Sequence record: NZ_CP082221.1
DNA: 64,000 nucleotides
Direction: 5' to 3' (one strand)
Source: a plasmid
Below, piece after piece: positions 58,545 through 64,000 of the stretch; the first letter of the stretch is position 1; each line of letters starts with the position of its first letter. A model generated the notes under the pieces. It was not told the origin of the DNA. It saw nothing but the letters and a program-made list of their open reading frames with translations, and searched no databases. A program made the translations under genes and the position numbers.

Positions 58545-59234
58545 ATGGAAGATATGCAAACTATCATAGATAAAATTAGTAAGTGTCTAGCATTATCAAA
58601 AAGTGCCAATGAGCATGAAGCAGCCGTTGCACTTAAGCAAGCACAGACATTGATGCAGAAGTACAAAATAAGTGAAAAACAGATACTAATTAGTGATATT
58701 AAAGAGCGAATTATTCAGACAAAAACTCAAAGAACTAAAGATATTGAAAGACGGCTTAAAGTAATGATCGCAAATGTCTTTGAATGCGGAAGTTACTCAG
58801 GTTTTTACACTTTAGAAGGTGTGAAATATCAACAACATGTTTTTTATGGAGTTGAACCAAATGTGTCTATTGCAACATATGCATATAATGTTTTACTCCC
58901 TATTTTGATTAAAAATAAACAAAGTTATTTAGCCACTTTACATGGAAATACTAAACTTAAATCTAAGAGACGTTTAGGCATAAGCTATCATAGAGGGTGG
59001 ATACTTGGAGTTGAAAAAAAGTGTAGGAACTTAAATCCAGATAAAGAGCTAAAGGAAAAACTGAGCGAATATGAGAAAACTCTTAATCTTATATATTGCG
59101 AAGTTAAAAGTGTTAAACATTATAATAAAGATATGCTTAATCAAGCACGAGTAAAAGGGTATTCGGACGGGAGTAAGGTGAACTTACATCATGCTATTGA
59201 TCCTAATGAAACGAAAAAGATTTTCTTGAGCTGA
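58545..59234 (+). CDS. hypothetical protein
   Basis: module gagcagaaatgcttaaggag upstream. Confidence 0.5.
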   Translation: MEDMQTIIDKISKCLALSKSANEHEAAVALKQAQTLMQKYKISEKQILISDIKERIIQTKTQRTKDIERRLKVMIANVFECGSYSGFYTLEGVKYQQHVFYGVEPNVSIATYAYNVLLPILIKNKQSYLATLHGNTKLKSKRRLGISYHRGWILGVEKKCRNLNPDKELKEKLSEYEKTLNLIYCEVKSVKHYNKDMLNQARVKGYSDGSKVNLHHAIDPNETKKIFLS

Positions 59235-59238
59235 TTGA

Positions 59239-59475
59239 ATGAGTAATGCTGATCCTCAACTTGAGCATGTTGATCCAGCTCATCCTGTTGCACCAGATGC
59301 TTATATTAGAGTTCTGAACTGTAAGAGTAATTATGTAAATATATTGGCTGGATGGTTTCTAAAAGATGGCGAGAAGAAGTTTTATATCGCAGAAGTAAGA
59401 GGCAATGACGTTGAAGCTGGTTTTAACAGGCTTGATTGGTTGACAGAGTTTGACACAATTTATAAGGGCAAATAG
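59239..59475 (+). CDS. hypothetical small protein
   Basis: 78 aa ORF, 4 nt after upstream stop. Confidence 0.4.
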   Translation: MSNADPQLEHVDPAHPVAPDAYIRVLNCKSNYVNILAGWFLKDGEKKFYIAEVRGNDVEAGFNRLDWLTEFDTIYKGK

Positions 59476-59480
59476 GTTTT

Positions 59481-59687
59481 CTATTTGTCCTTACTTTTTT
59501 TATTCTTTTTACGGTTTTCAATAGTTTGTTGAACATCTTCAAAGCTAATCGTATTTATATACCTTTGAACTAATGTTTCAACAATATCTGAAGTTTTAAC
59601 CATTTGACGTTGCTCTTGTTGCATATCTAATGCGGTATCCATAACAAGTTGAGCTGTTGGATCCCGGAGACGTACTGTAGATCCCAT
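59481..59687 (-). CDS. hypothetical small protein (possible RHH regulator)
   Basis: 68 aa ORF with N-terminal beta-strand-like MGSTVRLRDP and a basic tail. Confidence 0.35.
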   Translation of the reverse strand: MGSTVRLRDPTAQLVMDTALDMQQEQRQMVKTSDIVETLVQRYINTISFEDVQQTIENRKKNKKSKDK

Positions 59688-59833
59688 AACAAATCCTCCT
59701 TTCAGTAATTTATTATATGTGATTTATTTAATTTATATACAAAAAATATTACAAGTTTAATTTTGTTTTTGATCATATTTGTTAATTCTAGCCATGTTTT
59801 ATTTCTTTGGTAGTTAGGCTACCTTGTTTCTAT

Positions 59834-60193
59834 AAAATTGAATCTAGGAGCAAATAGAGCGATTTAGAGGGCTATTTGTCGCAACCCTGCGGGATTGCTT
59901 TGTTATTACCGGATAAGGTCCAATGGGAGAAGTTTCACTTCTTCGGTCGTCTAGTCAAAATCACAGATTTTGACTGACTCGCTCGAAGTTTGAAACGGTA
60001 ATCAAGGAGGGGGATGCTCGCAAATTTCATCAGTTCGCAACGTGGACACGTTGCTCTGCAAATGTATTTTATAATACGAAAAATTACACTAAATATATGT
60101 TTTTTCTTAATAAAAAGACATGAAAATGTAGTATAATTGAGGGGTGAAATCGGGTAGGCTGGTTTCTATATATGAGCTGAAAAGCTTAAGGTG
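59834..60193 (+). repeat. structured ~360-bp repeat, copy 2
   Basis: about 97 percent identical to 3063-3424, including the tagtataat box and hairpin-SD module. Confidence 0.75.
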
Positions 60194-60199
60194 AATTGA

Positions 60200-61291
60200 A
60201 TGAAAAATAATGCTTTATATAAAGAGCTTGATAGACATGATGATGTGAATGTTATTCCTAATGTATTAAAAAATGCTATAGGACAGGCACTTGCATCTGA
60301 AGGTAAGTTGTTCTCTGTCTCAGAAATAGATTTAGATATTTATGATTTAATTATCGTCAGTATGAGTGGCGGAAAAGATAGTATTGCTTCTTTGCTCTAT
60401 TTAATAGAGAAAGGCGTGGACATGTCAAAGGTTGAATTGTGGCATAACCTTGTTGACGGTAAGAGTGAGCCGTTTATGGATTGGCTGTTTATGGATAGCT
60501 ACAACAAACAGCTTGCCAAAGCATTTAATTTACCAATTTATAATAGCTGGTTAATGCATGGCTTCGAGGGGGAGATGCTAAAAAATAATTCCATAAGCCA
60601 TGAATATGAGATTGAAACACCGAGTGGGAATATCATTATTCCAAGAAAACGAGCAAAAGCTGGAACGAGATTGCGGTTTCCTCAACAATCAGCAGATCTC
60701 CGTATTAGATGGTGTTCTTCAGCTCTGAAGATCGAGGTAGGGCGTAGAGCTTTATCAAACCAGGAGCGTTTTAATAACTCTAAAGTTTTATTTGTTACTG
60801 GAGAGCGTCGAGAAGAAAGTCCTAATCGAGCAAAATACTTCCAATTAGAAACACATTTTTGTGATAATCGTAATGGGAAAAAAGGTCGTCTAATTGATGC
60901 ATATCGACCAGTTCTTGATTTTACAGAACGTCAAGTGTGGGAAATTTTAGAGCGTCATAATGTCGCAGCGCCAGTACCATATCGCTTAGGATGGTCGAGA
61001 TCAAGCTGTATGACTTGTATCTATAATAGCCCGAAAGTTTGGGCAACCATCAAACATTATTTTCCCAATCGTATTGATCGAATTTTTAAATACGAAGAAC
61101 AATTTGCAACTACAATTAGTCGAAAAAAAATCAATGTCATAAATATAAGTGAGGGTATTCAGCCTTTTAATATCAATGATTTAGTAGCTTTGGATCAGGC
61201 AATGAGAAAAGAATATACCTTGCCTATATTTACAAAAAACTGGGAGCTACCTATGGGGGCCTTTAATAAAGAGGGATGCGGTTCAGATTAA
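60200..61291 (+). CDS. PAPS reductase / PP-loop ATP pyrophosphatase family protein
   Basis: SGGKDS PP-loop, GERREES motif, C-terminal CxxC. Confidence 0.7.
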   Translation: MKNNALYKELDRHDDVNVIPNVLKNAIGQALASEGKLFSVSEIDLDIYDLIIVSMSGGKDSIASLLYLIEKGVDMSKVELWHNLVDGKSEPFMDWLFMDSYNKQLAKAFNLPIYNSWLMHGFEGEMLKNNSISHEYEIETPSGNIIIPRKRAKAGTRLRFPQQSADLRIRWCSSALKIEVGRRALSNQERFNNSKVLFVTGERREESPNRAKYFQLETHFCDNRNGKKGRLIDAYRPVLDFTERQVWEILERHNVAAPVPYRLGWSRSSCMTCIYNSPKVWATIKHYFPNRIDRIFKYEEQFATTISRKKINVINISEGIQPFNINDLVALDQAMRKEYTLPIFTKNWELPMGAFNKEGCGSD

Positions 61292-61348
61292 AAATTATAA
61301 AAGGCTAAAACAATTGAGATTCGAGCAGAAATGCTTAAGGTGAAATTA

Positions 61349-62122
61349 ATGAAATCATATTATCAAATTAGCTTTAGTGGTGGACGTACTTCAGCATATT
61401 TAACCTGGTACTTGCTTAATAACTATAGCCACCTTTATAACTTTATAGTCACATTTGCAAATACAGGCATTGAGCATGAGAAAACTTTAGAGTTTGTCGA
61501 TAAATGTGATAAATATTTTAATTTCAATACAGTTTGGTTAGAAGCAGTTATTCACCCTAAAAAAAGAGTAGGTACGACGCATAAAGTTGTCAATTTTAAG
61601 ACAGCTACCAGGGGGCCAGTACTTTTTGAACAGATGATTGAGAAATACGGAATTCCTAATAAAGTTTATAAGCATTGCACCCGTGAATTAAAAATAAGAC
61701 CAATGGATTCATATATTCGTAGTATTGGGATGAAACCTAAAGATATCCCTACTGCAATCGGTATCCGGGCTGATGAATCTAAACGTTGTGCTAAGGATGC
61801 AGAAGCAAATAACTTTATTTATCCATTAGTCACAGAACATCCAGTGGATAAGCAATTCATATTAGATTGGTGGTCAAAGCAAGCGTTTGATCTAGAGCTA
61901 AATGAATGGGATGGAAATTGTAATATGTGTTTTGAGAAATCATTTCCAAAATTATTGAAGCAGCTTGAATCAAATCCGTTTGCTTTAGAGTTTCATTTAC
62001 GAATGGAAAGGATCCACGGGCAAACTAACAATCAACCAGGCAGGCCTGATAGAGTTTTTTTTCGTCAAAATACTTCAGCAATTGATATCTTAAATATGTT
62101 TAACCAAGCGAATGTAGCTTAG
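61349..62122 (+). CDS. second PAPS reductase-family protein
   Basis: SGGRTS PP-loop, GIRADESKR motif; ATG 61349 follows module gagcagaaatgcttaaggtg. Confidence 0.65.
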   Translation: MKSYYQISFSGGRTSAYLTWYLLNNYSHLYNFIVTFANTGIEHEKTLEFVDKCDKYFNFNTVWLEAVIHPKKRVGTTHKVVNFKTATRGPVLFEQMIEKYGIPNKVYKHCTRELKIRPMDSYIRSIGMKPKDIPTAIGIRADESKRCAKDAEANNFIYPLVTEHPVDKQFILDWWSKQAFDLELNEWDGNCNMCFEKSFPKLLKQLESNPFALEFHLRMERIHGQTNNQPGRPDRVFFRQNTSAIDILNMFNQANVA

Positions 62123-62239
62123 ACATGTGTTATGTGATTTTTAAAGTAGGTGTAGGTAAGTATATCTATCCCTAACACACTAGAATATTAAAAAATGCTG
62201 TCAGTTCCATTAATTAACTAGAGTGGATGAACCTAAAAT

Positions 62240-62442
62240 CAATTAGATTCGCAATTTAGAAGCGCAACCCTGCGGGATTGCTTTGTTACTCCCGGATAAG
62301 CTCCAATGGGAGAAGTTTCACTTCTTCGGTCGTCTAGTCAAAATCACAGATTTTGACTGACTCGCTCGAAGTTTGAAACGGTAATCAAGTAGGGAGATGC
62401 TCGCAAATTCCTTCAGTTCGCAACGTGGACACGTTGCTCTGT
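62240..62442 (+). repeat. structured repeat, partial and diverged copy 3
   Basis: retains the gcaaccctgcgggattgc, agtcaaaatcacagattttgact and gcaacgtggacacgttgc hairpins. Confidence 0.65.
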
Positions 62443-62602
62443 TAGTAATGTTTAATTCGAAAATATATTTCATTAAATTAATGTTTTTTAACAATATTAA
62501 CGTTTAAAGATCTTGATTAAAATACATCATTGTATTACAATTTTGGTTAGAAATCGGATAGGCTGATTTCGTATTTTGAGCTGAAAAGCTTATGGTGAAA
62601 AA

Positions 62603-63100
62603 ATGAATAATTATTTTAATGTATTAATCATAACTGATTTAAAAATTGGTCGTTTAAAGACTCCATCACATTGTGCATGTGCTGTTGGCCATATTGATAT
62701 TATGAAGCCATCTTTTGAATACAATACTGGCTTAGTTGCCTTATCTACTACTATGTATGATTGTAAGGACTTTAATGTTTATACATTAAGTACAAAAGAG
62801 TCATTTAATAAGTTTATTTCAACATTAAAAGTTCTTGAAGAATTGATTGGTATTCCTTGTCCTTTCTTAACCGCTATTCAAGAAACATATGAGTTCTATG
62901 GTGACTTCATTTTTGAATGTTTGACCTGGTTTAATAATAACGCAGATATATTATTCAGACCTGACCACTTGGGAGAATTCACTAAAACAGCAGATGAGTC
63001 TCTTAATTTCCAATTAATGTATTTCAAAGTCTTAGAAACTTTTCGTAAAGCCGGTTTAAATGGTTTTATACAATTCAATACATTGAAAACTATTAATTGA
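62603..63100 (+). CDS. hypothetical protein
   Basis: module with gaaatcggataggctgatttc hairpin upstream. Confidence 0.5.
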   Translation: MNNYFNVLIITDLKIGRLKTPSHCACAVGHIDIMKPSFEYNTGLVALSTTMYDCKDFNVYTLSTKESFNKFISTLKVLEELIGIPCPFLTAIQETYEFYGDFIFECLTWFNNNADILFRPDHLGEFTKTADESLNFQLMYFKVLETFRKAGLNGFIQFNTLKTIN

Positions 63101-63128
63101 TTGAGCTGAAGAGCTTGCGGAGAAAAAA

Positions 63129-63905
63129 GTGAATTCAAAAGTTAACATTGGTAAAACTTATAGTGTTTTGAAAAGTGAGTTTATACATACCTTAAAAAGT
63201 ATCGACCAATCTAAAAACATTTATGAAATATTTCATGACTTTGTTTTTTGTTCAGCAGCAGCATTAAGAAACTCAATTGGTCATAGATATCAAAATTTGT
63301 TTAACCACAATATTGAAAATGAATATCTTCAACGTATCAATCGTTACGACGTTAGTGGACGTTTAAAAATAAAAAAATTGTTTTATCTGTTGGTGGATTT
63401 ATGCGAAGCAAAGGGTGAGCCATATGATGTGTTAGGTAGCATTTACATGGAATTAGAAATTGGGAATGATCATATCGGCCAATATTTTACACCAAGTGAG
63501 GTATCAAATTTATGTGCTCAAGTTGTAATGACCGACCTTAAAAAACAACTTGAGGAAGAGGGGGTGATTTCGATTTCCGATCCAGCTTGTGGAGCTGGCT
63601 CAACTTTACTTTCAACTGTAAAACTCTGTTTGGAATCTAAGATACAAGTGCAAGATCACTTGTATATTGAGGCAGCAGACATTGATAGAAACGTTGCTTT
63701 AATGTGTTATATACAACTAAGTTTGTGGGCAGTGCCTTGCCGTATTTTTGTTGGTGATACCCTCAAGTTAAAGTATCGTGAATGCTGGTGTAGCTTAATG
63801 TATTACGTAAAAGGGTGGGACATAAAATTGCATAGTCAAAAATTAAAGGAAATTGTACATAAAGCTGAAGATTATGTGCCTAATTTCATTTTAATTAATG
63901 ATTGA
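63129..63905 (+). CDS. N6-adenine methyltransferase-like protein (HsdM-type N-terminal half, lacks NPPF/Y)
   Basis: GQYFTP and DPACGAGSTLLS (motif I) present; ORF stops at ..VPNFILIND right where the NPPF catalytic motif is expected; GTG start after the hairpin-SD module. Confidence 0.5.
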   Translation: MNSKVNIGKTYSVLKSEFIHTLKSIDQSKNIYEIFHDFVFCSAAALRNSIGHRYQNLFNHNIENEYLQRINRYDVSGRLKIKKLFYLLVDLCEAKGEPYDVLGSIYMELEIGNDHIGQYFTPSEVSNLCAQVVMTDLKKQLEEEGVISISDPACGAGSTLLSTVKLCLESKIQVQDHLYIEAADIDRNVALMCYIQLSLWAVPCRIFVGDTLKLKYRECWCSLMYYVKGWDIKLHSQKLKEIVHKAEDYVPNFILIND

Positions 63906-63936
63906 TTTTTTTATATGCATAGATGTAACTTACACA

Positions 63937-63962
63937 AGCTTAGGTTGTTGCGGATCCGCAAC
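63937..63962. repeat. palindrome family member (26-bp perfect)
   Basis: taggttgttgcggatccgcaacaaccta after the MTase-like ORF. Confidence 0.85.
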
Positions 63963-64000
63963 AACCTATTTAAGACAAATTGGCGCTATAAAATTTAATC

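Overview
This 64 kb window is AT-rich and looks like part of a large Acinetobacter-type conjugative plasmid. Three blocks are well supported.
(1) An F-like (MOBF/MPF-F) transfer module. It has a candidate oriT (about 5760-6250) with an R388 IR2-like hairpin, a ribbon-helix-helix (RHH) accessory gene, the traD coupling protein and a TrwC-like traI relaxase-helicase (6331-12252). The pilus/T4SS operon follows at 17923-38160: lytic transglycosylase, traA-L-E-K-B, DsbC-like, traV-C, trbI-like, S26 peptidase-like, traW-U, trbC, traN, traF, traH, traG, and a second SLT-domain ORF.
(2) A complete Tn2006 (ISAba1-blaOXA-23-ATPase-helicase fragment-yeeA fragment-ISAba1) at 53196-58000. It carries a perfect 9-bp target-site duplication (GTTTTAAGA) and splits a small ORF.
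(3) Maintenance and accessory genes: a replicase-family Rep (44925-46118), a resolvase (16220-16858), umuC without umuD (39350-40642), a thermonuclease (51627-52103) and an H-NS-family gene (52169-52495).
The rest is mostly small hypothetical ORFs arranged like a plasmid leading region (about 59830 to the window end, and 1 to 5400), all on the + strand and pointing at the predicted oriT.
The unexplained structure worth follow-up is:
- a hairpin plus Shine-Dalgarno (SD) module, with compensatory stem variants, immediately upstream of at least 22 ORFs;
- a highly structured repeat of about 360 bp in three copies, each upstream of a leading-region gene (a candidate Frpo/ssi-type single-strand promoter or a structured leader);
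- a GC-rich perfect palindrome built around GCGGATCCGC, present in at least 12 full copies plus half-sites, both intergenic and inside reading frames (a candidate ParB/KorB-type binding array or REP-like element);
- a three-copy conserved promoter-like motif (TTGCAGCACTTTGAT...TAGTAT);
- tandem PAPS-reductase-family genes, an N6-methyltransferase-like ORF that stops just before the catalytic motif, and a J-domain gene in the leading region;
- an overlapping pair of tiny type-I-toxin-like ORFs;
- two divergent paralogous HExxH membrane proteins flanking umuC and a ParB-N-domain mini-gene;
- a run of six or seven small membrane proteins downstream of traI.
No rRNA, tRNA or CRISPR array was found.
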